Assembly (NCBI GenBank): GCA_964199315.1
Contig: OZ116702.1
Coordinates: 10,664,001-10,728,000, forward strand
DNA length: 64,000 nt
Source: Orbicella franksi
Taxonomy: Eukaryota
Direction of reading: 5' to 3'
Part shown: in pieces, positions 47,571 to 62,000 of the stretch
Layout of the letters: each line of letters starts with the position of its first letter
Numbering within the stretch: position 1 is the stretch's first letter
Position numbers and translations under genes: made by a program
The notes under the pieces: generated by a model
What the model was told of the DNA's origin: nothing
The model's input: only the letters and a program-made list of their open reading frames with translations
Databases searched by the model: none

Positions 47571-48494
47571 CTAGCTTTTTAAACTTGCAGTTCTGTTGGT
47601 GAATCTATACTTCAAGCTTTTCTGCTTCAATAACTAGACTAAAAGCACACTGTATCATTCCATTAAGTGCAGAGCATAAGTACAGTAGGGTTCTGTTTGA
47701 CCTTGAAGACTGCTACATGTAAATTACAATAAAAACAGCTGTTTCTAACAGAATTAAAATTTTCAATCCCATTCTATGACTAGTTTTAAATTCTATGTTT
47801 TTAAAAATAACAATTGTTTTTTATTAACATGTTTTTTAGGCTACATACAACAGTTCAGTGCTAACAGTAATACTAGCTACAACACTTACATTGACTATGA
47901 TACTGACAACACTGATATTGCTTACAGATGTGCGAGTGCTATCCAGTTACAATGAATACTTAACAATACTCAAGTTAACCACTAATTAGAGTAGTTGTTT
48001 TCATTAGCTTATCCATACAACATATAAATACTTGCACTTATTTCAATATTTTGTAATTACCTAACTTCCCACAATATATAACACTGTGCAGTGTTTCTGC
48101 CAGACCGTGCCATTGTGAGAATCCTGCGTTGCAATCAGAGAAGGCCCCCAGAAAAACGAGACTAGAAGACTGCAGGCCTTTTATAAGAGTGCAGGCTCAA
48201 CACAGGCATAGTATTTTAAAAGCCATCCCAAGGCTTGAAATTGCGACCAATACGGTCACCAATGCAACTAACATTTCATTCTTGCTGACCAAAAATTCTG
48301 GTTTAGTTGCCATGAAGGCGACTGCATTTCTTTGTGTTGACGATCAATAACGGTTATTTTGTCACACATGTCCCTCTAGAAAATCATATAGACAGATCTT
48401 TGCTTCTAAAATGTTCAACATAAGAAAAGAATTCAACCCATCCTTTTGCTTTGCTGTTTTCACAAGGTTTGTTATGTCACAAGCAATGGGGATT

Positions 48495-48918
48495 ACTATT
48501 CAACTGAGAGCCTCTTACTTCACCTAACAGAGACAGGGAAAAATGCACTGGACATGAGCCTGAAAGTGGGCATGCTTTTCATTGACTTTCGGAAAGCTTT
48601 TGACACTGTGAATCATACCATCCTACCGGAAAAGCTAAAAGCCATTGGTATATCAGGTGACCTGCTTTCCTGGATTGATGATTACATGTGTACACGTAAG
48701 CAGTTTGTCCAAATATCAGGTTATCAGTGCGGGTCCAAAACCATCACATATGGAGTTCCCCAAAACTCAATATTAGGGCCCAAATTATTTTCAATTTTTG
48801 TTTACGACCTTCCAGAAGTGATAACTAGTGGTGACTTATTCATGTTTGCAGACGATACCACAATTTTTACAATTGGCAAGAACATTGACAATATCATCTT
48901 GACACTGCAGTCTATATA
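48495..48918 (+). mobile_element. LINE reverse transcriptase fragment (L2/CR1 group)
   Basis: STESLLLHL, FIDFRKAFDTVNH, GVPQNSILGPKLF, FADDTT; truncated at both ends. Confidence 0.88.
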
Positions 48919-48959
48919 TATAAGACCAGGTGTACACCTGGTGTCACCTGGTGTTTTAT

Positions 48960-49435
48960 TCAACTGCATTTGGTCAGGGGGTGAAATGAACAAGAACCAC
49001 CTTCTCACTGGTGGATGTCCCTGCAGTGGTACCTACCCAAGGTAAGCATTGTTTCCCTGTATTTTTCAGGGTCCTTCCCAGCATGAACCAATTGAAAGGA
49101 CAATAATAGTTTTGCTTGGCACTTTGGATAAACCCAGAGCCTTATACACCCACAGACTAGCTTGTTCCTCATGGCAACAAAAACATGCTTTTTCCTGGCA
49201 CAACAGTACTTTACCGATGTCAAATTTGGGAAATCCCCTTTGTAAAGGTTAAAAAAATCTGACGAAAATGATGTCATATTCTGCAGCTCCTGAACCTTTT
49301 TCCCATGGGCCCAACCTACATGCCCTCCACACAACATGATCTTAGATTCCTGTTCATTGTTATAGGAGTATCTAAATCCCTTGGCTGAAGACAAATCAGC
49401 ATCTTGCCAGTTGACTTCAGCATTCATTCCCTCTT
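48960..49435 (-). pseudogene. Kolobok/Mutator-like transposase internal fragment
   Basis: EVNWQDADLSSAKGF...IMLCGGHVGWAHGKK...LGRYHCRDIH resembles the second catalytic Asp and C-x2-H region of this family. Confidence 0.5.
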
Positions 49436-52400
49436 TAAATAAATCAATATCTTGAACTGTTAGGTCAATCCAATCTTCTCAGTCGTCCAGATATTTCAAT
49501 GAAACTTCTCTGCCACGAAGGCTTGGAACTCTTTCCAAAATTCTTTCCATTAGTGAGACAATGTCAAGTGTCGTTACCTCCAGTGAATTTAAAAATATTT
49601 TCACACATTTGTCCGCTTCTTTCCCTTTCCCCACCTTTAGTTTGAATTCATATCTTGTATCCATCGCTGCACTTCATTTACTGTCAACTCACCTGGCGGG
49701 CCAGCAAAAAAGTGGGAGTGGCCGCTGTACAAATATTCAAACGGCTCGGTGATTTTTGTTGCAGTTTTATTCAAATTTTATTTCAATGCGGAAAACTTTA
49801 CCACTGCGCAAAATTTTTCTGCAGCCCCTTATGTTCCATGCGGCAGAAATTCTGCATCCCCTGATGACCCACGCTGCATGACTGAAAACTGTCATAACCC
49901 TTGTATATAATTTTAACTTTCAGTGCATTGTCTGACTTCACATTCTTTGCATTCTTTTAATTTGGTTTGTGGCCACATCTTCGGCACGAAGGTGGTTTTG
50001 ACCTGTTTGAACATGCTTCACTCCATCAAGGATAACTGCCCATACCTTTGTTGTTCATTTCCACTCAAACAGTTGCTCACTTAACCAAAGTGACCAATAC
50101 ACTAAAGAAACCTGTAAAACACAAACTAAACCAAACTTTACAAGCTCTCAACCCTTGCAACCCAAACTGACTTAACAAACTTTCAACCAGCTCAAACAAA
50201 CCTTCAAACTGCTGAAAAACCTCCACTCAATGTGATGAGAAAGAAAGTCAACTCAAACAATATTCAAAGAAGCCCAGTACAGCTTGATTGATGAAACAAC
50301 GCAAGTCTGGTAAGGTGACGCATTTGACACATGGTGATTGGTTATCCACCATGGCCATTGCAATTTAGGAACAACCAATCGCTGACAAGCTTGTAAACAG
50401 TGCAGGCCAGCTGTTTTTTTGGGGGGGAAGGACTTGATTGTGTGGGCCTTATCACCACCAGGTCTGTAAATTGGACTGGTATATGCTCTGAACATTAGCC
50501 ATCTTGTCTGTGTGGACCTTTTAGCCCTATTCACTGAATATTTTTTAGAGGGAAAAATGGCTTGGAGGGCTAGAAACTAAACTGCTTTAATGAAAGATTA
50601 CACAATACAGTAATATATTGATGTTATATGTGGTTAGAGAGCTTATAAAATTCTTGTGCTTAAAAAAATAAACAAATGTTTTATGTTCATCTTCATAGTA
50701 ACTAATAATCATACATAATTTATGCAAATATGCAAATTAAAATCAACTTTTCTGACAAATTCTCAAGACATTTTGCAATTTTACAAAACCTTGTATACAT
50801 TATCAAGAAGGATATTTTATAAGCTATTCATGTTGTACAACTGTTTAGCCAATGAGGTTTTTTCCTTAAAAAAAATTGACTTTCATATGTACTTCTGGAA
50901 ATTCAAAATTGACCCAAAATGGTTAAAATGTTTGTTGAATTTGTAGACAATGTTCGCTTTTGTAAAAAATCTAATCTGTATATTGTCTGCAGAAAGTGCT
51001 TTTTCAGAGATACTCCTGAAATTTGAAAACTAGCCAAAAATGGATAAAGTTTGTTTGAAATTAGTAGACAATGTCAACTTTACTAAACAAGCTAATCTGT
51101 ATCTTGTCTTCGGGAAGTGCATTGAAGCAGTGTCATATCACATAAGAGATGGCTATTAAAGAAATTATGGAAAAAGGAAGCTATTAAAGCCTGTGTTAGT
51201 TTCAATTGAGCGGGTCAATTGTGAAAATGTGGTTGCTCACAGAGGTTTACATCATACTTTGCACAGTAGAAATTAGTTTTGGTATGTCTTGAATTTCATT
51301 TTTGGTGTGAGCACAATCTTAACGTTGTCTCCTCTTTTCAGCCTTCTGCTCCTAGACCCTTCTGTTCCAGGAGCTGCAACTCTCATGGCTTTATTAACTT
51401 GGGCAATGGAATCAAAGACCTTCTCGTGAGTCTTATCACCCAAACGAACCTGAAAATAATGCTGGAACTGAAAACTAAATTGAAAAGCGGTCATTTTTTA
51501 CATTAATATGCAACACAGTTGCAACACATTCACTGGCACTGTCAGTAGAATGTTGCAGTGAAGAACTTGCCTGTCAAAAAGGGAAGCAAAGGTTTGCTCA
51601 AGATATTCCACTTGGTTTGCTCTTGTCTTGTCCTGTGGAGGTATTTGTTCTGTTGGCTGGTTTGTGGTGTAATCCATTCCAAAATAGTCAATGAGGGCTG
51701 CCACTAAATAGGCTTTTCCAACTAACAGGGAAAAAAATCTTGAAATGCATTGACATCCTTTTTACGTTTCTTTCACAGAAGTATTTCAATGTGCCCACTT
51801 CTCTGACTGACTAAGTCTTCATTAGTGTGTCATTCACTAACTGCAGAAACAACTTCTTTATTAGATGAGTATATGTAATGTTTTTATTAATAAATTGGTA
51901 TGGAACGTTTAAGTTTTAGAGAATTATTCGTTAATTTGTTAACAGGTCCATTAGTTGCAATATATTAATATTTATTATTTCAGTATGAAAGAATCTATTC
52001 ATGTCCAATAATGAACTTGGTGAAAAAAATGTATGTTGCTTGAAAAGTGGACAAATTGTTTAGTGTCGACTAGGCTTTCAATGTCATCTCTCTAACAGTT
52101 TGTTTGGAAACAACAAGCAAATCTTATGTAACACATTAAAAATAAATTTTACAATATTATTTTTTCCTAACCAGGAATAAATTTTGCAATGCCTGACAGA
52201 GTTAAATAATGTCTGGCTCTGTGAGTTCTAGATGGTCTGTAGGGGTGTGACAGCCAGCTCTCAAGTGTGTGGCAGAAGTTGCCCTGAGATGTGTCAATTG
52301 ATCTCCACCAAAAGGGCAGCTGAAATCACATAGAATGAAATTTCCAGGCTCATCATTTGTTTTGGTTCCTGTCTCTGCCACAGTACATTCAGTGTTTCTT

Positions 52401-52929
52401 GTACTTCACAAAGAATGTCCACCATATCAGCAAGCTTGTTTTCACTTTTAAAATGCATAGGCAGAGAAAATAAGGGGTGCTTTTTGCCCATTTCAAATCT
52501 GTGAGGATGGTTGATTATTGCGAGGCAAGCTTTGCCTAAAAACATTAATTATTATATTTTTGTATTTTAAAGATTTCAACAATACTGTAATTAATGTTAG
52601 AACCAGGGTTTGCAATACAAAATTTTCCTGGCATTTTTTCAGCGTTTAAATGACCCAGAACTGAAATATTGTACTGGTATTCAAATGATTGTATTGCATG
52701 CAGTTGTCAATTAATTTAACGAAAAACAAAAAGTAAATGAAAAGCCTCTACATGTAGATCTACATGCATTCTACAGGTGCATACCATGTTCATGAATACA
52801 ATTGAAGTTTTGACAATTTTTCAGAAATTACAGGAGTAGTGCACACTCTGCCAAAAAGCTCTACCATTATTAGCTATTGTTTACATGTAGAATGAAAATA
52901 TGTGATTAAAGTGAAGAATTTTGTTGTGA

Positions 52930-54238
52930 CTTGTTTAATGGATAGGATTCCTTGGCAAAAGTCTTTGCACCTAACTGCCATAAACCTTGATCACAGTACC
53001 GCAGAGCAAGGGAAAAAAGAGAAATTTAAACATTGCACTGACTATTACTTAAGGTAAATCAATCAGTGCCTAACAGGTAGGATTCTGGAAGAAAAAAACG
53101 TTGTGCCTAACTGGTATATACATTGATCACAGTACCAAAGAACAAGGAAAAATTGAAGCATTGAAGCATTGCACTGACAATGAGGTAATCAATTAATGCT
53201 TAACAAATAGGATTCTTCAGCAGAAAACTTTGCACCCAAATGACACATACCTTGATCACAGTACCGTAGAACAAGGGAAAATAATCCAAGGATTGCACCC
53301 ACAATAAGGGCGCTGCAGGAGCCGTAGAGTGGAATTTTCAACCAATCCAGTGGATCAGTGGATCCACGAATACTCTGTGTGGGGATTAAATTCACTCCCT
53401 CGCAATGCTGGAGAGCAAGGCAAAAGAAATTATATTAAAAATTATTGCATCTACTGTGAAGTGATTAATTAATCAATGCCTTATAGCTGACTGGCATTTC
53501 TAAGGCCTAGCCTCAAATCCAAAGTTGCAAGTTTCAAACTCTAAACTTGATGCTTTCCTTCTAGATACCACAGACTATGATGGAAGTAGTAAAAGTAGCA
53601 TCACTCATGGTTTTGAACTGTTTTTTACTTAGCTTGAAAAGGACATATATTAGAGAGTTTGTGGAATTGAAAATCTTCTGTAATGACAACATGTGGTTGC
53701 GCAAAGATGGTGAGGTTGTCATCAAGTGAAGCAGTTCTCTGAAAAAAATATAAATAAGAGATAAGTTACCCCAGTACAAATACTTGACCAAATTAGACTT
53801 CATATAAGCCAGTAATAACATGATGAAACACTGGAAAAAAAATTGAGAGGGAGAAGCCTCCATGGAACTGAGGGCTTGTTCCTTGGGGGCTGTAAAGCCC
53901 CTACAACAAGGTAATCAATCAATGCCAAACAGATAGGATTCCTCAGCAAAAACTTTGCCCTAACAAGCATATACCTTGGTTACAGTATCATAGAACAAGG
54001 GAAAAATCTAAGGATTGCTCCACAATAAGGTTGTTCACTGCAATAACTACAGATTGGAATTTTCAACCAATCTAATGGATCAGTCAATCCAGGAATACTC
54101 TGTGTAGGGATTAAATTCACTCCATGTTGTCTGGCTTCGCTTCATCACAGTACCACATTGCAAGGGAAAAAGAAATCTAAGCAGTGCACCAACAATATGG
54201 TCATCAATCAATGCCTAATAGATAGGAATCCTCAGCTA
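52930..54238. repeat. Complex higher-order repeat, copy 2
   Basis: Same subunit order as 45837-46915, roughly 85% identical by eye. Confidence 0.85.
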
Positions 54239-54239
54239 C

Positions 54240-54985
54240 ACAGATCTCAAATTTTTATGCATCATGCAATTAGAACTGCATTCTGTCGAACGCAAGAAAA
54301 TTTTGGTCCTTCTTATTGGAAATTCAACTCTAGCCTTTTAGAGGACGCTACTTATATTCAACTCATCTCTGAATCATCCCGACTGGCTTGACAAATTCAA
54401 CGATGTTAATGACAAATGGACCTTGTGGGACTTAATTAAGTACAGAATTAGACAAGTATCAGTTGGATATAGCAAGCTAAAGAGCGCAGAGCCCGTCTTG
54501 CGACAGCTGAACAGAAAGTTAAGCAATGTGATTTGTCATGTAATAGTGATCCTTGAGGACAAAAAAATTGTACGACCTCGATGCTGCGAAATATGAATAA
54601 GAATTATTCAACTATAAATATTGTGGGCAGCAACATTGTGAGATCTAGAATCAATTGGCGATGAAAAAGGTGAAAAAAATGCAAAATAGTTCCTTAATCT
54701 AGAGAACTCAAGATCCAGTCAAGCTACCATTCGCTGGCTTTTTGATTCTAAAGGAAAAATAACGGTTAACCCACAATCCATAATGAATGAGCTAAGAGAT
54801 TATTACCAGAACTTACACAGCCAAGCAAGATTCTGACTTAAATGAAGAACTGTGTTCAAATTTTTTAGACAACAACATTCCGATTCTAAGTGAAGAGTCG
54901 ATGATGGCTTGTGAAGGAAAGCTTTCGCTCATGGAATGTTATGAAGCTCTGCAAATGTTTTCCAGTGGTAAATCTTCCGGTATTT
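54240..54985 (+). mobile_element. Decayed L1/Tx1-type LINE ORF2 fragment (endonuclease-RT linker)
   Basis: GPSYWKFNSSLLED, WDLIKYRIR, IVRSRINW..EKGEKNAK*FLNLE, LSLMECYEAL..FSSGKS; frameshifts and stops. Confidence 0.75.
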
Positions 54986-55447
54986 CCCTGGACATTTCCC
55001 AGCATTTTCCTGGACACAATGAACCTGGCCAAGCCAAATTTTTGGTGCTTTCACAACGCTGGTTTCTTCCATGCAGGCATCAAAATCTCCCGGTTGAAAC
55101 TGGCAGGGGAGAGTCCCTTTCTTCCGTGGCTATGCCTCCGTCTTCCTGGCTTGCCTCTGCAAACTCTCTGGCCAGGTTGACAGCAAACTCCTTTCTCTCA
55201 TTTGTAGTACATTGATCATATGTGTGCTGAGCTTGTTATATGTCTTGTTGAATGTCGCAGTGCTGAAGCCAGAGAGGATTTGAGAGCATCGATACAGTCA
55301 CTGGAAGGAAAAAACAAAACAAAAGCAAACTATTATTTATGAAACGTGAACCTGTCATGGAAAAAAATTCAACATGAAGCAAAGGTTTTGATATTTTGTT
55401 GAGCTCCAAAGAGAATTAATGAGTGAGTCATCAAAGCATTCCAAATT

Positions 55448-55959
55448 TGTAACGGGGCGGACGCTGTCATGAATCGATCTTTGAATTTATTACCAGCGCC
55501 GCATCGGAGAAATGTGTTATAAATGACGGAACCTCCAAGCATCTATCGTTCTCAATTGGTTTATTGGACTTGAAAGCTCATAAAAACTGAAATACAACGA
55601 GCAGAATAAAGCTATTACTATAAATCTATGCTAATCTAAATGTTCTTAACTTGAGCACGCGGGGCGTGCATATACATAAATCTAAACAACACAAATATCC
55701 TTAAGCGTAACAAATCTGTCTTCGATTAAGTGGTATACATTTCGGGGTCTAAATTAAAGGACAAACTACACAACAAACCTCTTTCCCCATCCTATTACAA
55801 TGGTATCTTCGACGATCCTTTGATCAATGTTCTTCTACATGTGCTTGTAACTTACACGTGTCCGAATGAAAGGTAATGCCGACAACTAATGAATATGTCG
55901 CACAAAACAAAGAGATATTGACGGTCACGCAATCACAACAATAAACAGTATTCGTTACA
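55448..55959 (-). repeat. 3' LTR of BEL/Pao element
   Basis: 512 bp; ~24 substitutions versus the 5' LTR by manual count. Confidence 0.95.
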
Positions 55960-56097
55960 TGGCTCCCCTAAATTACGCTAGAAATTTACGAAACTAATCA
56001 AAGAAACTAAAACTAAATCAACTATTAAAGTGCAACTGTTCAAATCAATATCTCTTGATATAGGCTGTAAGCCCATACAGTTCTTTAAAATGGCTCC

Positions 56098-59000
56098 TCA
56101 GGTGGGGATTCCCTGGTCTTCCCTCTCTTCGTGGGGCAACAGCAAAATAAGTTTCTGAACTGGTCTGCAGAGGCTGGTCAGTGGTCCAGCAGGTCGACCG
56201 TTTTCATCCAGGTTCCGGTCGGCAATCTTGATGCGAACCTTCCTTACCAGACCATCATCATCAGGATATGTTTCCTCTACATGGGCGATTCTCCAGCAAT
56301 TTCGTGGTGAGTTGTCATCGATAACAACAACGATGTCATCCACCTGCAGGTTTCTCTGCGTGGCTATGCACTTCTGCCTTGGCTGTAGGGACTAGATAGT
56401 CCATCCTCCACCTTGTCCAAAACTCGTTGGCTAGATACAGTAAACACCCGCATATAAGAACAGACAATTTCAGAGGTCAGACTGATTGTGTTCTTATTTA
56501 TCGGATGCTTAGTGAAAAATCAGCCTCAGGATGTTCTTAAATGTTCTTAAATTTTTTTAAATTCAATGCTGTACCGCATAAAAAATGTTGCTAGAAATTT
56601 TAATCATGTTTTTGGACAATTACATAAATTGATGGAACAATAATTAAAAACCTAATGTTCAAATAGGTCTACTGTAATCAGTAATGTAACAAAACAGTAA
56701 CAAGAAGGGTGTATGTATAGTTCTGTGGCAGATCCATATGCTGCCCCACCCTTGAAATGCCTAAAGTAGAGGTCCACTGTACATCTGGAAATCTGACACC
56801 CTTCCCATTTTATAAGAACATTATTTTTTTTTCCAGGCTGATATTGTTCTTATAAAAGTGGTGCTTTATTTGCCAAATTTCAGCCTGATGTTCTTAATCC
56901 ATGTGTTCTTATATGCGGGTGTTTACTGTACTGGACTCTACGCCATCTTTTCTTCGAGTACAAATCGGCACATTGGAATTCACCAGGTGGGGACAGTATC
57001 ACCTTAGACTTCATCGTAAGAAGGTGGTTGGGCGTAAGGGACTCTAGAATTTGTGGGGAGTTGATCATGTCGACGGTCAGTGGACGACAATTCACCATAG
57101 CTTTGGCCTCCACCATGAAAGTTCTGAGGGTTTCATCATCAAGTTGGGCAGCGTGCTGGGTGAGGAGTGTTGCTAACACATTTCGAACAGTACGGATTTG
57201 ACGCTCCCAAGTGCCACCCATGTGACTTGCCTCCGGGACATTCATCTTGAAATCTATCCAGTCACAGTTGCGCTTTGCTAGTTCTTGCTGTATCTTCTCG
57301 TAATGCAATGTGGATAACGCTTGTTGCAGCTCGTTCTTTTCACCAACAAAGTTCGTGCCCTGGTCTGATCGCAACTGTTGTACTGGGCCACGGCATCCCA
57401 CAAATCGGCGATAGGCATTGAGAAACGAGTCAGTAGACAAACTACTCGCGACTTCGAGATGAACAGCCCTGGACGCTAGACATGTAAACAGCACTCTGTA
57501 ACGCTTTACTTCGCGACGGCCTTCTCTGACGTGCCAGGGGCCAAAGTAGTCCACAGCACAGAAAGTGAAAGGTGGTGCGGGCTCTAGGCGATCTTCAGGT
57601 AGGTTTGCCATCATCTGTTCTTGAGGACGGCCTCTCAGCTTCCGGCAAGACACACATTTGGAAATATGGTTGGACACTACGGAACTTCCACCAACAATCC
57701 GATAGCCACTTGATCTGATTTCATTCTGAATAATGCCACGACCTTGATGTTTAATTAGCTGGTGAAAGTGGCAGAGGATAAGATTCGTCACATGTCCTTT
57801 CTTGGGCAGAATGACAGGGTGTTTCACATCATAAGCGATGCTTGACTGTCTCAATCGCCCACCAACTCGTAGTATGCCTTCTTCGTCTAGAAAGGGGTCA
57901 AGTTTGTAGAGCGAACTCGACCTCTTCATCGTCTTCATCTTTTCTTTGCTGGCATCTTGGTCGGCGGCTGGTGATTTGATATTAGCATCCCTCAGCAATT
58001 GAATTTCATCTTGGAACGCTTTGTTCTGCACTATCTTGATGGTTTGCAGCTCAGCATGTTGTAGTTCCTTGACATCAACCGGCTTGTATGTAGCGATCCT
58101 TTCATTTCTCTTTTCTTTCTGTCCTCCAGCAGCTGTCTTTTGGAATCTTTGTTGCAATCGGAGACAGACAGCAATCGCTTTCCTTAGTTGATGCCAGTTG
58201 GAGAAATAAGTCAAGCGCTCCAATAGAGATGATAGCTTTGGCTCTTGGATCTGAGTTGCTCTTAGAGAAACATTCCTGACCTCTGGGTCATCAGGAGGAA
58301 TTGAGGGAGTGTCATCCACAGAGTTCCAGTCTTCAGGTGAGTTCCAGAGAAAATCCGGCCCATTCCACCACAAAGTGTTGTCGATTAGCTCTTGGGCACC
58401 AGTACCGCGGCAGGCGATATCTGCAGGATTGGATTTTGTTCCTACGTAGTGCCACTGGTTAGGGGATGTCCGCTCGCGTATTTCTTGGATGCGATTGCCA
58501 ACGAACACATGAAACCTTCTGGTGTTGTTGCTGATGTATCCTAACACCGTTCTACTATCGGTCCAGAAGACTTCTTTCATCTCTGCGTACTCCAGTTCCT
58601 TCCGCAGTATGCAACTGATCTTTGATGAGACGACAGCAGCAGTCAGTTCTAGTCTGGGTATCGTCACTGGTTTAAGGGGCGTTACACGCGACTTTCCCAT
58701 CACCAGGGAACAATGAACACAATTCTTGTCATCAACCAGTGGGATGTAGGAACACTGCCCATAGCCATTCTGACAAGTGTCCGAGAAGTGGTGCAGCTCT
58801 ATGTTCATAACTTTGTCAAAGTCTTGAGGCTTGTGACATCTTGCTACTCTGAGCCTTTCTAAAGCCAGAAGTTCAGCTCTCCACTTCTCCCATTTGGGTC
58901 TTAACTTGTCAGGAACTTCGTCATCCCAGCGGACACCATCACGGCACAGCTCTTGCAGAATTTGCTTGCCTACCAGAATGAATGGAGCGACCAAACCGAG

Positions 59001-62000
59001 GGGGTCAAACACTGAGCTGACTGTTGACAGGATTCCTCTTCGTGATAGGGGTTTATCTTGCATTATGATCCTGAACTGGAGTGTGTCAGATTCTATGCAC
59101 CAATGAACACCCACAGCATGTTCAACAGCGGTATCGTTACTGACGAGGCGATGGTCCTTTGCGTCTTCTGCTCGATCTTCTTCTGGAACAGAGCTCACAA
59201 CTTCTCTGCTATTCGAGGTAAATTTGTGCAGCTGAAAGCCACCTTTCTGACACAGGGACTTGGTGTTCTTGATCAGCTCTTTGGCTTGTTCCATAGATGG
59301 TACTGATTTCAGTCCGTCATCCACGTAGAAATTTCTTCGGATGAAGTCTGCCGCTGTGCTGCCGCAGGTTTCTTCGTACTGGTCCGCAGTAGTTTTAAGG
59401 GCGAAGTTGGGACATCCCGGCGATGAAGTGGCACCAAATAAATGGACAGTCATTCTGAATTCTACAGGGTCTCCCTTCAGCTCTGGATTGTCCCACCACA
59501 GGAATCTCAGGAGGTTACGATGTTCCACGTCGACCTTTACTTGGTGAAACATGCCTTGGATGTCACACATAAAAGCGATCCGTTCCTGACAGAATCTGCA
59601 CAGAACTCCGGTGAGGTTGTTCGTCAGATCTGGTCCCTGGAGTAGTTGTTGGTTCAGAGACTGACCATCACATAGAGCACTACAGTCAAACACGACTCTG
59701 ATTTTTCCCGGTTTCTTCTTAGGATACACTCCATGATGTGGGATGTACCACACTTGTTTGCTCGTCGATGTCTCATCAATGGGAACTCTTTCTGCATAAC
59801 CACTGGATATGATGTCCTGCATGAAGCTGCAGTAATCCTTTCTGAACTGGTCATCACTTGACAGTCTACATTTCAGCTTCATAAGGCGATTTAGGGCCAA
59901 TCCCTTACTATTCGGCAGCTCCAAGTTTTCGTTTCGTAGAGGCAGTGGCATCTCAAAGTGACCGTCTGCCGATTGATGGATACCTTCGCGCACTGTTCTC
60001 AGGAATCTTCGGTCTTCAACGGGCAGAGGTTTCTCATCAGCTTGCCGTTCATTGAAATCAACGGTAAACATTTTGGACACATCGCTAGGACTAATCATTT
60101 CCTTTACTTTTGTTTTGAATGCGAAGTGACACATCTTTCTCTTTGGCGTTCCTTGAACTTCACAGGTAACAATACGATTACATGGAATGTCACTCTTAGT
60201 TTCAGCGTCTTCTTCATTCGACGATCTTACAGCACCAATGATTCCCCATCCAAGGGCTGTTTTCTTGGCGTAAGGATCATTTTCCTTTCCTGGAATAACT
60301 TCTAATGGCTTAATGGCGCGCGAACAGTTGAGGCCAATAAGAAGTCCGACTTCTATGTCTTCGTTTAGGGGCATGATCTTCTCTGAAATCTTCTGAAGGT
60401 GTGGCCAGTTAACAGCGGATTCAGGTCTCGGAATCTCACTCTTCTTAGCTGGTGTAGATGATCTTGAGTAGCTTTTAGGCAGGGGAATTTCTACGTCTTC
60501 ATTATAGCCACGTACAACTAGGCCTTCGATCCTTTGGCTTTTGATTACCTTCTCTGCTAGGACTGTTGACAACTTCAGTTCGACTTCGGGTCCGTTGACG
60601 TCTAATCTTCCGAGAAGATCTTCTTTCACAAAACAAGTGTCAGATTGCTCATCCAAAAGGGCATAGGTTAGCAACTTCTTCCTGATATCCTTTCTGTGGT
60701 GTATCCATACGGGAACTATCAGGGAATGCATATAGGATGGACCTACGTTCTTCATATCGGAAAGGTTGACACGGTGTAAGGTGGCCTCTGGGGTATTTCT
60801 TGAATGGCTGCTTTGCTCGGTTTCAACGGGAGCAGGATCGCTGGGTGGAAGCCATTGCAGGTTTTGCACACTAGTCATCTACAGATTCTTTTCATGTGTC
60901 CCCACTTCAGACATCCTAGGCAAAGTGATTTGCCTTTGTTAAATCTCTCCTTTCGGCTATGGACTTCTTCAGGAACTGCTTACACACGTCCAAGTGATGA
61001 GATGCCTTGCACAGTGGACATAAGGTAGCTTCAGACTTCTTTTCCTTCCTGCTGTTAGTATTACTGTCCATTACTTCATGGGATTCCATTGTGAGGGCGT
61101 TGAACCTGGGAGGTTTTCTTCTATTAAAGCCGTTTGACTTCTGTCTCTTATCGGAATCTTCCTTAACGACTTCTTTCTGAGGTCGTACGGTTGTTACAGG
61201 ATTGCAGGCAATTCTAGACTCCCTTTGAAGGAAACGGCAGAATACAGAGAACAGAGGGTAGCCCATTTCGCCTTTATGTACATCGGATGAGGTTACTTCG
61301 CTGTGGCGTTGATCTTCGTCCTTATTAAGCCAGCGGTCTACTTCTCGACTCCAACGATCGATAATGTAACAAGGGAGTTTGCGAACCATCCTTTGATTTT
61401 CATCCGGATCGTCTAGGACTTTAAGGTATTTCATTGTGTTCATAGCCGTCTGGCAGTGAATGAGGAAATCTGAAAACTTTCGCAGGCTCGTTCCATTGTT
61501 GGGAGGAATCTTAGGCCATTCGTTAATTTTCTTCCTATAAGCATCTGCAACGAGGAAGGGGTTACCAAACCGGTCAGATAGGATCTTCCTCGCCCGTTTG
61601 TATGCCTTCTCAGTCTCCAATAGCAGTAAGCCACTGATCGCTTCTTTAGGTTCGCCTGTCATGTACTTTCCAAGATAGTACAGTCTCTGAGACACCTTCT
61701 CTGTCTACCCTTCTATTATGGTCTCGAAGGACTTCAGCCATACTGGGTAGTGTAACAAGTCGCCGCTAAAGATCTCCGGTTCGGGAAGCAGAAGAGTAAT
61801 CGTCGCTGAGATAGAATGTCGGCTAATCTAGTTAGCAGATCTTCAACGGTGGATTTGTGAGGTGAGTCACTTGTCTTGGCTTCTTGGTATTTGTATGGCT
61901 CGTAGTCCACAGTGTAATATGGATCGTATCTTGGAAATGGACTGGCTTAAAACTCGGGTGCAAACGGATTTAGTGAATTAGGAGTACGGATCGCTGGCTC

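Noticed and set aside
55960-56100. env-like third ORF in the BEL element
   Set aside because: Only ~130 bp lie between the pol stop and the PPT.
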